A DNA stretch of 60,502 bases from Pseudomonadota bacterium (GTDB lineage Bacteria > Bdellovibrionota_B > Oligoflexia > Oligoflexales > RGVZ01). The stretch lies in contig JBEGVZ010000075.1 in assembly GCA_041178085.1 (NCBI GenBank), positions 1 through 60,502 on the forward strand. The letters run 5' to 3'. The notes beneath the pieces were generated by a model that made no database searches, was not told the DNA's origin, and was given only the letters and a program-made list of their open reading frames with translations. Made by a program: the position numbers and the translations under genes. This document shows, in pieces, positions 1 to 8,246 of the stretch (positions within the stretch are counted from its first letter, which is position 1; the number at the start of each line of letters is the position of its first letter).

Positions 1-2
1 AC

Positions 3-833
3 ATCATTCCGCGCAACCCCCTTGAGTCCGCGGTCAAGGCGCTGGACGGTGAGATGTTGAGCCTGATGTTTTTTGCCCTTGCATTCGGCTTTGCGTTGCA
101 ACGGACAACGGGCAAGCCGCGCACGGTACACGCGATCTTGAAGGAACTGTTCGACGTCTGCATATACTTGATGGGGTATGCGTTGAAGATCGCGCCCTTT
201 GCAGTTTTTGCGCTGACTTTTGGATCCTTCTATCGCAGCGGTCTTGAGCTACTGGCACCACTTGGGGCCTATCTGGCCGTGGTGATCGGTGGGTTGTTGA
301 TCCAGATGCTGGTTGTCTATGGCGGTGCGCTAAAGTTTTTTGCTGGTCGCAGTCCTTGGCAATTTTTTAGCAGCTGCCGCGAGTTGATGCTTTATGCATT
401 CGCCACGGCATCATCGAACGCATCGTTGCCGCAGTCCCTGGAGACGGCCGAACACAAGCTCAAATTGCCGCCGCACATTTCACGCTTCGTCCTGACCGTG
501 GGCGCCACCGCAAACCAGAATGGAACCGCCCTGTTCGAAGGTGTGACAGTGCTTTTCCTTGCGCAGTTGACTGGCGTCAACCTGGACGTATCGCAGCAGA
601 TGCAGGTGGTTGGCATGGCGATCCTTGCCGGGGTCGGCACAGCTGGTGTACCGGGCGGCTCTTTGCCGCTGGTCATGGTGCTGCTCAAGCAGCTCAACAT
701 TCCGCCGGAAAGCCTGGGCCTGATCCTTGGGCTGGATCGGTTGCTGGACATGTGCCGGACTACGGTAAACGTTACCGGTGACCTGGCCATCGCAACCCTC
801 GTCAGCCACGGCGAAGACAAACCAGGCGCCTGA
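3..833 (+). CDS. Dicarboxylate/amino acid:cation symporter (DAACS, GltP-like), 5'-truncated by window edge
   Basis: Frame open from base 3 (IIPRNPLES...). Motifs FATASSNASLP, GATANQNGTAL, GTAGVPGG and DRLLDMCRTTVNV are typical of the DAACS family. Confidence 0.93.
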   Translation: MIPRNPLESAVKALDGEMLSLMFFALAFGFALQRTTGKPRTVHAILKELFDVCIYLMGYALKIAPFAVFALTFGSFYRSGLELLAPLGAYLAVVIGGLLIQMLVVYGGALKFFAGRSPWQFFSSCRELMLYAFATASSNASLPQSLETAEHKLKLPPHISRFVLTVGATANQNGTALFEGVTVLFLAQLTGVNLDVSQQMQVVGMAILAGVGTAGVPGGSLPLVMVLLKQLNIPPESLGLILGLDRLLDMCRTTVNVTGDLAIATLVSHGEDKPGA

Positions 834-840
834 ACGGCGC

Positions 841-1575
841 TTATTCGACGGCCTTTGGCACGTTGTGTAGCTTCACAGGCTTCGCTCTCTTGGAAGAGAT
901 GCGGATGTTGATGAACTCAACGAAGACGCTGAAACCCATGGCAAAGTAAATGTATCCCTTCGGGACATGCATGCCGACACCGTCCAGGACCAGGAACAGG
1001 CCGATCATCATCAGGAAAGAGAGCGCCAGGACTTTAACGGTCGGATGACGGTCGACAAAGTCGGAGATTGCGCCAGAGGCGGCGAGCATCACGGCCAGGG
1101 CGATGATGTTGGCCAGTACCATGATCGCGAGGTTATTGCTCATGCCGACGGCGGTGATCACCGAGTCGAGTGAGAAAACAATGTCGATCACCATGATTTG
1201 CGCGACGGTCCACGCCAATGTCGGGCGCTTCAGTTTGGCGTCAGGGGAATGTTCTGAACCTTCGAGTTTGTCGTGGATTTCGCGCGTTGCCTTGAACAGC
1301 AGGAATACCCCGCCAAGGATCAGGATCAGGGATTTTCCGCTGATGGGCGTTTCGAATACTTGAAAGAGCGGGGTTGTCAGTTTGGCAATCCAGGCGATCG
1401 TTGCCAACAAGCCAAGGCGAGAGACCAGTGCCCCGAGCAAGCCAAGCTGTCGCGCCGTCTTTTTTTCATGCTCCGGCAGTTTTCCGGCAAGAATCGAGAT
1501 GAAAATGATGTTGTCAATCCCGAGGACGATTTCAAGAATGGTCAGTGTCAAAAGACTGAGAAGCATTTCCGTCAC
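841..1575 (-). CDS. TerC/Alx family membrane protein
   Basis: LEIVLGIDNIIFI and DIVFSLDSVITAVGM signatures; multiple TM helices. Confidence 0.93.
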   Translation of the reverse strand: MTEMLLSLLTLTILEIVLGIDNIIFISILAGKLPEHEKKTARQLGLLGALVSRLGLLATIAWIAKLTTPLFQVFETPISGKSLILILGGVFLLFKATREIHDKLEGSEHSPDAKLKRPTLAWTVAQIMVIDIVFSLDSVITAVGMSNNLAIMVLANIIALAVMLAASGAISDFVDRHPTVKVLALSFLMMIGLFLVLDGVGMHVPKGYIYFAMGFSVFVEFINIRISSKRAKPVKLHNVPKAVE

Positions 1576-2045
1576 GGTTTCTTGTCCTTCAATTTAACGT
1601 AAATTGTCTTTTCGACCTCGGTCACAACATTACCTTCCGCGTTGCACACTTGCACGTGGAAAACCGGCTCGGTTTTGTCACCCCCGGCTACAGCATGGCG
1701 TATGGACGCCAGGTCTTGCTCTGTGATCCGGAACTTCGCGGTGACGGTGCCTCGCCCGGGTTTGCGGAAGCGTATTTTGGCTGCCTTGTCCCATACAATG
1801 TAGTCCGGTCCAAGGTTCTGCATGATCATGAGCATGAAGAAAGGATCGGTCATCGCGTACAGAGAACCACCGAAGTGCACACCCACGTAGTTTCGGTTCC
1901 ACCAGGCCATGCGCAATTCAACATCGACCTCGCGAAAGTCTGTGGAAAATCGCGTCACGCGGATGCCGGCAAAACGAAAGGGCGGCCACCAGTTGATCAA
2001 GGTCGCCTTTTTGCGCTTCCACCAGATTTTAAGCTTCGTCCTCAT
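1572..2045 (-). CDS. Hot-dog fold thioesterase-like protein (YiiD/DUF4442-like)
   Basis: WPPF..AGIRV, NRNYVGVHFGGSLYAMTDPF, VWDKAA.IRF.KPG. ATG at 2045 preferred over the longer ORF; stop overlaps the TerC start (GTGA). Confidence 0.85.
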   Translation of the reverse strand: MRTKLKIWWKRKKATLINWWPPFRFAGIRVTRFSTDFREVDVELRMAWWNRNYVGVHFGGSLYAMTDPFFMLMIMQNLGPDYIVWDKAAKIRFRKPGRGTVTAKFRITEQDLASIRHAVAGGDKTEPVFHVQVCNAEGNVVTEVEKTIYVKLKDKKP

Positions 2046-2133
2046 CCTGCCGATTTTACCAGCAAAAGAGCACGCTGCTAAGCCAGTGAAATAGACTTCC
2101 GCTTCCAATGTTAGTGAAAAAGGGGGAGGTGAG

Positions 2134-2841
2134 ATGCTTAATATCCGGAAAAGTCATGAACGTGGGCACTTCGACCACGGCTGGCTGAAGACCTGGCACA
2201 CGTTCAGTTTTGCCCAGTACTTCGATCGCCACAATATGTCCTTCCGGAACATTCGCGTGATAAACGAGGACATCGTGGCCCCCATGCAGGGATTCGACAT
2301 GCATCCCCACAAGGACATGGAGATCATCACTTGTGTGGTCAGCGGCGCGCTCCAGCACCGCGACAGCCTGGGTAATGGTGCGGTGATCAGGCCGGGTGAG
2401 GTTCAATACATGTCCGCTGGTTCCGGCATCTTGCATAGTGAAGTCAATCCTCTTTCCGATGAGCCCTGTCATTTGCTGCAGATCTGGATCCTGCCCCGCC
2501 AACAGGGCGGCGAACCCACCTATGACCAGCGCAACTTTGAAATCGGTGAATTGACGCGTATTGCCGCACCGGACAGCGATCCGCAGGTGGGATCGGCCAT
2601 TCCCATCCGTGCCGATGCCAGCCTGTATGCGGGGAAGGTGGGGCCTTTGTTTGACCGCGAAATTCCATTGAGGAACGGTAACTGCTGGATCCAGTTGATC
2701 CGCGGGGAGCTTGATGTCAAGGCGCAGGGCGGGACGTGCAAGATGTCGCCCGGTGACGGGTTGGCCATCAGCGACGAGCGGGAGATTCATGTCCGGGCTG
2801 GCACCGGTGGCGCCGATTTCCTGCTGTTTGACTTGTCTTGA
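2134..2841 (+). CDS. Pirin family protein (YhhW-like)
   Basis: RG..DHGWL.T.HTFSF, HPHKDMEI, HRDSLGN, MSAGSGILHSE, LQIWI; strong SD GGGGAGGTG. Confidence 0.95.
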   Translation: MLNIRKSHERGHFDHGWLKTWHTFSFAQYFDRHNMSFRNIRVINEDIVAPMQGFDMHPHKDMEIITCVVSGALQHRDSLGNGAVIRPGEVQYMSAGSGILHSEVNPLSDEPCHLLQIWILPRQQGGEPTYDQRNFEIGELTRIAAPDSDPQVGSAIPIRADASLYAGKVGPLFDREIPLRNGNCWIQLIRGELDVKAQGGTCKMSPGDGLAISDEREIHVRAGTGGADFLLFDLS

Positions 2842-2864
2842 AAATAATTGGCGGCAAAGAAGAA

Positions 2865-2891
2865 GGCCCGGCGGAACAAGTCCGCCGGGCC
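2865..2891. terminator. Intrinsic terminator hairpin between convergent genes
   Basis: Perfect 11-bp stem GGCCCGGCGGA-acaag-TCCGCCGGGCC; T-rich tails on both strands. Confidence 0.8.
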
Positions 2892-2952
2892 CTTTATCCT
2901 GTGTTATAGCGCATCATGCCATAAGGCCACTGGGGCCGCAGGATGTGCAACC

Positions 2953-3390
2953 TTAGTCGTTGCAGCAGCAGTCTTCGCATTCACAGTCGCAGTCACCGCA
3001 GGAACCGCCGTCACAGCAGTCGCAGTTATCGCAACCGCAGTCACAGCAGTGATCCTTGGCACCGCAGTCGCCACAGCTGCAGTCATCGCAGCCGCAATCG
3101 CAGTCACCGCAGGATCCGCCATCGCAGCAGTCGCAGTCATCGCAACCGCAGTCGCAGCAATGATCGCAGCCGTCGTCACAGCCATCATCACAACCGTCGT
3201 CGCAACCATCATCACACCCATCATCACAGCCGTCGTGATGGTCGTTGGTCTTGGCATCGTGGTGCTGTGCTTCCGTCGTGTGGCTGGCTTTTACGGGAGC
3301 TTTTCCGGCGGCAACAGGTGCGCCGTAGAGCTTGACAGAGAAGCCGAGCAGGAACATCAGGGCAAAAAGTTTGGTAAGGAAACGCTGCAT
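2953..3390 (-). CDS. Secreted Cys/Asp-rich repeat protein, metallothionein-like
   Basis: SD AAGGAG before ATG; signal peptide; His-rich linker; (DGCD)x6 then two 14-Cys modules; synonymous variation among the repeats preserves this frame. Confidence 0.85.
   Translation of the reverse strand: MQRFLTKLFALMFLLGFSVKLYGAPVAAGKAPVKASHTTEAQHHDAKTNDHHDGCDDGCDDGCDDGCDDGCDDGCDHCCDCGCDDCDCCDGGSCGDCDCGCDDCSCGDCGAKDHCCDCGCDNCDCCDGGSCGDCDCECEDCCCND
3163..3234 (-). repeat. Six tandem 12-bp coding repeats (DGCD)x6
   Basis: Plus-strand units atcgcagccgtc, gtcacagccatc, atcacaaccgtc, gtcgcaaccatc, atcacacccatc, atcacagccgtc differ only at third codon positions of the minus frame. Confidence 0.9.
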
Positions 3391-3392
3391 GA

Positions 3393-3480
3393 TGAACTCC
3401 TTGTTTCATGCGTTAATCAAAAAAAGATACGAATGTCAGAACGTGAATGCGCGGGTCAGACTAAGCGAGGAGGACGTTCA
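3393..3480 (-). promoter_or_regulatory. Putative anti-SD/SD pairing between the leader's E-R-P codons and the downstream RBS
   Basis: mRNA UGAACGUCCU (3480-3471) is complementary to AGGAGUUCA (3401-3393): 9 bp with one bulged G. Confidence 0.5.
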
Positions 3481-3833
3481 AGTCCGCCCAGCCAGCCATC
3501 CGCACGTAAGAGCGAAGCCTGGAACAAAAGCGGCAAGCCTTGATCGTTCAAGTAGGCCGGTACTGAACCAGTCTCCGGGTCGACCGGTTCCATGAGCATG
3601 GGGCAAGAGAAATGTGCGCAAGAATCACCGCAACAATCCCCGTCCTCACCTTGTTCATCTTCACAGCAGCAGCCTGAATCCATGCCGTCGGATGAGGCGT
3701 TTTCGATATTCTGGGAAAGATTGGTTTGAGTCAGCGCCGCATCAAGGTCAAACAGTGCCCATTGCGCGGCAGCTCGTCCGGCGAAGGTCACCGTGATGCA
3801 AAGAACAAGGATGTAACGCAGCGCTGTCATCAT
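3456..3833 (-). CDS. Secreted Cys-cluster leader protein ending in ERPPR (DUF2946/CruR/CutF-like arrest peptide candidate)
   Basis: Signal peptide (..GRAAA/QW); CCC..CC..C....C cluster; ends LERPPRLV; start abuts the SDR stop. Confidence 0.72.
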   Translation of the reverse strand: MMTALRYILVLCITVTFAGRAAAQWALFDLDAALTQTNLSQNIENASSDGMDSGCCCEDEQGEDGDCCGDSCAHFSCPMLMEPVDPETGSVPAYLNDQGLPLLFQASLLRADGWLGGLERPPRLV

Positions 3834-4637
3834 TCACCATGGTAGCACTTTTTTACCCCGCAGGAACAAGCCATTGATGGCTTTTGAGGCACCAATGGAG
3901 GCCACAAGGCGCGGGTCGCGTCCGGTATTTTTCGGCAAAGTGGCAAGCCAGACAATCATTTCCGCGCCTTGCGTCACGGTAACGTTTGCTCCTTCTCCAC
4001 CCATTTCTGTCTGCACCCACCCCGGACAGACTGCGTTGCAGAGGATATCGGGTTCGTTCAGTTCGCTTTCAACTTCCGCTGCCACTATTTTAGTCAATGC
4101 ATTGAGGGAAACCTTTGACAGGCGATAGCCAGGAAAACCTCCGCCCATCTCATGCATCTGACCCATTGCGCTCGACACATTGACGATCCGGCCATGATGT
4201 TGCCGTTGCATGTAGGGCATGATCAGCTGGGTCAGGACGAGGGGGCCGTAAACGTTCACATCCATGGTCTGACGGATGAGTCCAAGCTTGGCATCGAATA
4301 CGCTGGGTGATCCACCGCGCGCCCGGGAGGGGTCCAGGAATATTCCCGCGTTATTGATCAACGCATCTACGCGCCCCAGGTTGGTGTCGATGAACAGGCG
4401 CAAGTCGTTGGCGACCTTGGTGTCGTCGAGCCTTTGCACATCGAGCTGGTAAAAGAGGACGTCGTGGCCTTCCCCGGCCAGAACGCGCGTGGCCTTCTGC
4501 CCTTTTGTGTCGTCCCGCGCAATCATCAATACGCGGTATCCCCGGATGCCCAGTTGGCGGGAAACCTCGAAGCCAATCCCCCGGTTGGCGCCCGTAACGA
4601 GCGCAACAGGCTTGCTTGTGTCGGACGCGGGCACCAA
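3834..4637 (-). CDS. SDR family oxidoreductase (carbonyl reductase-like)
   Basis: TGANRGIG, NNAG, VSS, YRLSK, CPGWVQT.MGG. Confidence 0.93.
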   Translation of the reverse strand: MVPASDTSKPVALVTGANRGIGFEVSRQLGIRGYRVLMIARDDTKGQKATRVLAGEGHDVLFYQLDVQRLDDTKVANDLRLFIDTNLGRVDALINNAGIFLDPSRARGGSPSVFDAKLGLIRQTMDVNVYGPLVLTQLIMPYMQRQHHGRIVNVSSAMGQMHEMGGGFPGYRLSKVSLNALTKIVAAEVESELNEPDILCNAVCPGWVQTEMGGEGANVTVTQGAEMIVWLATLPKNTGRDPRLVASIGASKAINGLFLRGKKVLPW

Positions 4638-4647
4638 TTTGTGACCT

Positions 4648-6213
4648 CTAGCGCATGTTTTTCAGGCAATTACGCTGTGCTTCTTTTTTAAGCATAGCAC
4701 AGGTTGCGCGCCAATCAGCCATCACCCGGGCACGGGTCTTCTCGTCTTTCAAGGTATCGATAGCGGTTTTTACTTTTTTCGCCCGCATCGCATTGCGCCC
4801 GGAAAAGCCGTCCGGCATCGTCTTCGCCAGATCAAGCCAGTCACGGAGTCCCTGTTCAAACGCACCCTGGGGTAGCGCGTCTGGTGGGACTTTGCTTTGC
4901 AGGACCAGGTCGCTGACCATCCATTGAATCCTGGTCGCGTTGCCTTGTGCGCTCTGGCGGGCCTTGCGTGACCATTCAAGCGCCGCGGGCCATTCTTTGG
5001 CTTCCAGATGGATCATCGCAAGCGAGGACTGGTAGTACCAGGGAGTGTCGCTGCTGGCTGCTTCACGCTGCAGGATTTCCTTTGCCTTGTCGACATTCCC
5101 GGTGGCGGACAGGAGCATGGCTGAGTCAGTGACGATGGCGTGACGGTCAAAGGCCGACTTGCTTGCTGCTTCAGTTTTGACTGCCACAGCAGCCGCTTCC
5201 TTGCGGATCTTCTCCCATTCTTCCACGGTCAGGGCGGTTTTTGCCTTCAGCCAATTTGCAATTTCCCAGTGCAATGCGGTTGCCTGAAGCCGGTCTACTT
5301 CTGAGGTGGAGGCGCCGCCGGCGGCAAGGCGTGCCGCGCCACCGAGCGCCAGCGTGGCAACTTCGACGCTCTCTTTTTCTCCGGCGCGTTCGATCCAGCT
5401 CATCGCACCCGCGACGAATGGACCGCGTGCCGGAACAAGGGAGGAATCGTTTGCGGTGACAATCTTCAACAGTTCACGCGGTGAATCCGTCTCCAGATTC
5501 AGCAGGCGCGCAGCGAGCAACCCGCGGATTTCTTCGTGGGGGCATTTCTGAAGCAACTGGCGCAGCATCAATGCAGCCTTTTGGATGGCTTTTGCCTGGG
5601 GGTCAGGCGAAGTCTCCACCGGATCCCACGTGTAGGCAAGGAGGCGCCAGTCATCAAGGCTCGCCTTTCCGGATAGCGCCCTTTTGCGAACGCCTTCCAA
5701 GACGGCTGAACTTCCGCCTTTGCTTTTCCGTGATTCTTCCAGGGCGGGCGTGATCAGTGCCTTGAATTCGTCGAAGTTCACAAACTCTGCAAGGCGGAGT
5801 TGCTCTTTCATGGACGATGCTGCGGACTTTTCTTTTCCCTTGCGCTTGGGCTTGTCTGGCGTCAGCACAAGGACTGTCGGATATCCAGATACGGCAAGCT
5901 TTTCCCCCCATTCCTGCGCGCCGGCTTCGTCTCCGTCCAGGTAAATGCGGACGAATCCCTCTGTCGCGGAGGAAAAACCGGGATGACTGAAAACCTGTGA
6001 CTTGAGTTGGTTGCAAGGAGGGCACCAGACTGCTCCCCAATACAATAAGACCGGTTGATGGTTCCTCTGCGCTTGTTCGAGTGCTTCACCGACGGGCAAT
6101 TTGGACCACAGTTTACGGAATGCCTCGTCGTCAGCAGCTTGTGCGACGGATCCATGCAACGCGGCGCAAGTGATCAGCCATAAGCTTGCAAAATGATTGC
6201 GTACGGACATCAT
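4648..6213 (-). CDS. Secreted thioredoxin-domain protein with helical/TPR-like C-terminus
   Basis: Signal peptide MMSVRNHF...AQA/ADD; YWGAVWCPPCNQLK; GYPT cis-Pro motif; helical repeats (PWYYQSSLA). Start uncertain (6210-6234). Confidence 0.8.
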   Translation of the reverse strand: MMSVRNHFASLWLITCAALHGSVAQAADDEAFRKLWSKLPVGEALEQAQRNHQPVLLYWGAVWCPPCNQLKSQVFSHPGFSSATEGFVRIYLDGDEAGAQEWGEKLAVSGYPTVLVLTPDKPKRKGKEKSAASSMKEQLRLAEFVNFDEFKALITPALEESRKSKGGSSAVLEGVRKRALSGKASLDDWRLLAYTWDPVETSPDPQAKAIQKAALMLRQLLQKCPHEEIRGLLAARLLNLETDSPRELLKIVTANDSSLVPARGPFVAGAMSWIERAGEKESVEVATLALGGAARLAAGGASTSEVDRLQATALHWEIANWLKAKTALTVEEWEKIRKEAAAVAVKTEAASKSAFDRHAIVTDSAMLLSATGNVDKAKEILQREAASSDTPWYYQSSLAMIHLEAKEWPAALEWSRKARQSAQGNATRIQWMVSDLVLQSKVPPDALPQGAFEQGLRDWLDLAKTMPDGFSGRNAMRAKKVKTAIDTLKDEKTRARVMADWRATCAMLKKEAQRNCLKNMR

Positions 6214-6361
6214 TTGGAAATTCCTCAATTGCATAAAACCCCTGGAATGACTGGCCTTGCAGCCAATTCGCGTTTCTTCGTAAAACGCGTTTGTGGTGCT
6301 AGCATACCAACTCAAATGTAGCTCGTCGCGTGAAACAAACTTCGATACAGGGGAGCTTCCC

Positions 6362-8167
6362 ATGAAACAGCAAGGCTCACGGCGATGGTCATCGCGCTAT
6401 TTCCTGACCGGTTCGCTGATCCGTTCAGTCATTGCATCGATTGCGCTCGTATTGCCAATACCAGGATTGGCTGCTGCCGACGCAGCGAAAGACGGGTCAA
6501 TCCATGTCGACCTCAAGTTCAACATCGAGGACCCATCAACCAGCGGACGTTGTCGTGCGGTGGACAGTTGCCGGCCGTGGGCCGAGGAACTGCCAGACTA
6601 CCGGCGCGAGCTTTTTCCGGTCGTCCCGGTACGCACAGTGAAGGTTCTGATACCACCGGGTCAGGAATACGCGGGCCTCAGCGTCGATGCCGGTGAGGGC
6701 GCAGAAATGGATTACGTCCCGGAGTTTTCCGGGCGCAATCGCGTGATTTCCCTGGGCTATGATCCGCGCAAGTTTTTGCCGCGTTACATGGGCGGAGTCT
6801 ATCCCCAGAAAGTGACTGGCGAAGTGCAACTGACGGACTTGCGTGGCTTCACGTTTGTCGAAGTACCTGTGTATCCATTTCAGGTAACCGGACCCGGCAC
6901 AGCACGTTACTTCAACTCGATCAAGGTGTCGGTTCAAACAAGGCCTGCCGCCAGCATGCCACGCAGTTCCCTCATGCGCCCGAACCTGGCCAGGGATTAC
7001 GAACTCGCCGTCCGGAACGTCGACAACGGCGTTCTTGCGCCGAAGGTCTGGTGGCAAATTCCGGCGCGGGATGAGGCGCCTGTCGGTTATTTGATCATCG
7101 GCAAGCAGGCGATCATCGGTGACGAGTCGAACACGGCTCTGCGTCCGTTGATTGAAGAGAAACGTGCGCGTGGCCTGAATGTCGAAATGGTTTCCCTTGA
7201 ATCGATCGCTGCCGGCGGCACTGTTGCGTCCAGCGCGCAGATCCGTGAATTTATCAAGCAAGCCTACGTGAGTCGCAGCATCGATTTTGTGCTGCTGGTG
7301 GGCGATAAGGCGAACTTGCCTTGGCAGAAAATCCGTTCCGGGATCAACGGCAACGGCGATCCTGTCCCGTCCGACCAGTATTACGCTTGCCTTGACGGGA
7401 CATTCACAGGCTCGACAAGTTCCTATGACTGGAATTGTGAAGTCGCAGTTGGACGTGTTGGTGTGAGCAATTCCAGCCAGCTTGCTGTATGGGTCAGCAA
7501 GCACATGGCCCTGGTCGAGGCAGCCAAGGCCGGGCGTACGACGCAGGCGCTTTCATACGGCGAAGAACTCGACAGCTCGACCCTTGGCAGTTGGGTCCTT
7601 GAGCATCTGGTCACGGGGCGTTCCGTGGCCCCGGCAACGGTGGGCTTCCCGGCCTCGACGGTTTTCACCAAGCTATACGATCAGTTCCGGACGCCGGTCA
7701 GTGCGTCGACAATGCTGAAAACCATGGAAGAAGGAGATTTTCATGTGCTGAATCACCTGGGTCACGCAAATTCGGATTACGCCCTTCGCATGAACGCGAG
7801 TCGCATCCCGGATTTCAAGTCCCGTCCGGCATTCTTCTATTCTCAGGGGTGTTACCCCAACAATCCGGACGTCGACAATTGGACCATCCAGGCCACGCGT
7901 TTCCCGGATTTCGGACCAGCGGCGATGATCTCGAACACGCGCTACGGCTGGTATCAGCCAGGGCGGGGCGGCGAGGGGAGCTCTGCCGTGTTGCACCGTG
8001 CCTTCTGGTCTCAGCGGTTCAAGGGCGGTATCAAGGCCATTGGCCAGATGAACCACTTCGCAAAGGCCGAGGTCCTTTCGGTGGACCGCTCGTCCCTCAT
8101 GGTGTACACAGCTCTTGAGTCAAACCTCATTGGCGACCCAGAACTGGACCTCATGATCGGCCAGTAA
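6362..8167 (+). CDS. Secreted C25 (gingipain-like) cysteine peptidase
   Basis: SD GGGGAG before ATG 6362; propeptide-like region; FVLLVGD, SDQYYA.LDG, VAVGR, catalytic HLGH and QGC, terminal NLIGDP. Confidence 0.87.
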   Translation: MKQQGSRRWSSRYFLTGSLIRSVIASIALVLPIPGLAAADAAKDGSIHVDLKFNIEDPSTSGRCRAVDSCRPWAEELPDYRRELFPVVPVRTVKVLIPPGQEYAGLSVDAGEGAEMDYVPEFSGRNRVISLGYDPRKFLPRYMGGVYPQKVTGEVQLTDLRGFTFVEVPVYPFQVTGPGTARYFNSIKVSVQTRPAASMPRSSLMRPNLARDYELAVRNVDNGVLAPKVWWQIPARDEAPVGYLIIGKQAIIGDESNTALRPLIEEKRARGLNVEMVSLESIAAGGTVASSAQIREFIKQAYVSRSIDFVLLVGDKANLPWQKIRSGINGNGDPVPSDQYYACLDGTFTGSTSSYDWNCEVAVGRVGVSNSSQLAVWVSKHMALVEAAKAGRTTQALSYGEELDSSTLGSWVLEHLVTGRSVAPATVGFPASTVFTKLYDQFRTPVSASTMLKTMEEGDFHVLNHLGHANSDYALRMNASRIPDFKSRPAFFYSQGCYPNNPDVDNWTIQATRFPDFGPAAMISNTRYGWYQPGRGGEGSSAVLHRAFWSQRFKGGIKAIGQMNHFAKAEVLSVDRSSLMVYTALESNLIGDPELDLMIGQ

Positions 8168-8214
8168 TCCGGCGCAAAAAGCGCTGGGGCCCCCAAAAGG
8201 GCTTTTTTGCCGGA
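8168..8214 (+). terminator. Probable terminator after the C25 gene
   Basis: GCCC-ccaaaa-GGGC-TTTTTT nested in imperfect inverted repeat TCCGGC..AAAAAGC / GCTTTTTTGCCGGA. Confidence 0.55.
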
Positions 8215-8246
8215 CCAGGCGGGCTTGCCAGACGAAGGAAGCTTGC

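Noticed and set aside
2953..3240. Repeat tract as a CRISPR array or non-coding VNTR
   Set aside because: No unique spacers and no cas genes; the repeats are in-frame codon multiples.
2848..3543. Ala/Val/Thr-rich 231-aa and Arg/Ser/His-rich 130-aa plus-strand ORFs, and the 117-aa minus-frame ORF
   Set aside because: Shadow frames of the Cys/Asp repeat gene; only 2953-3390 has an SD, a signal peptide and synonymous-only repeat variation.
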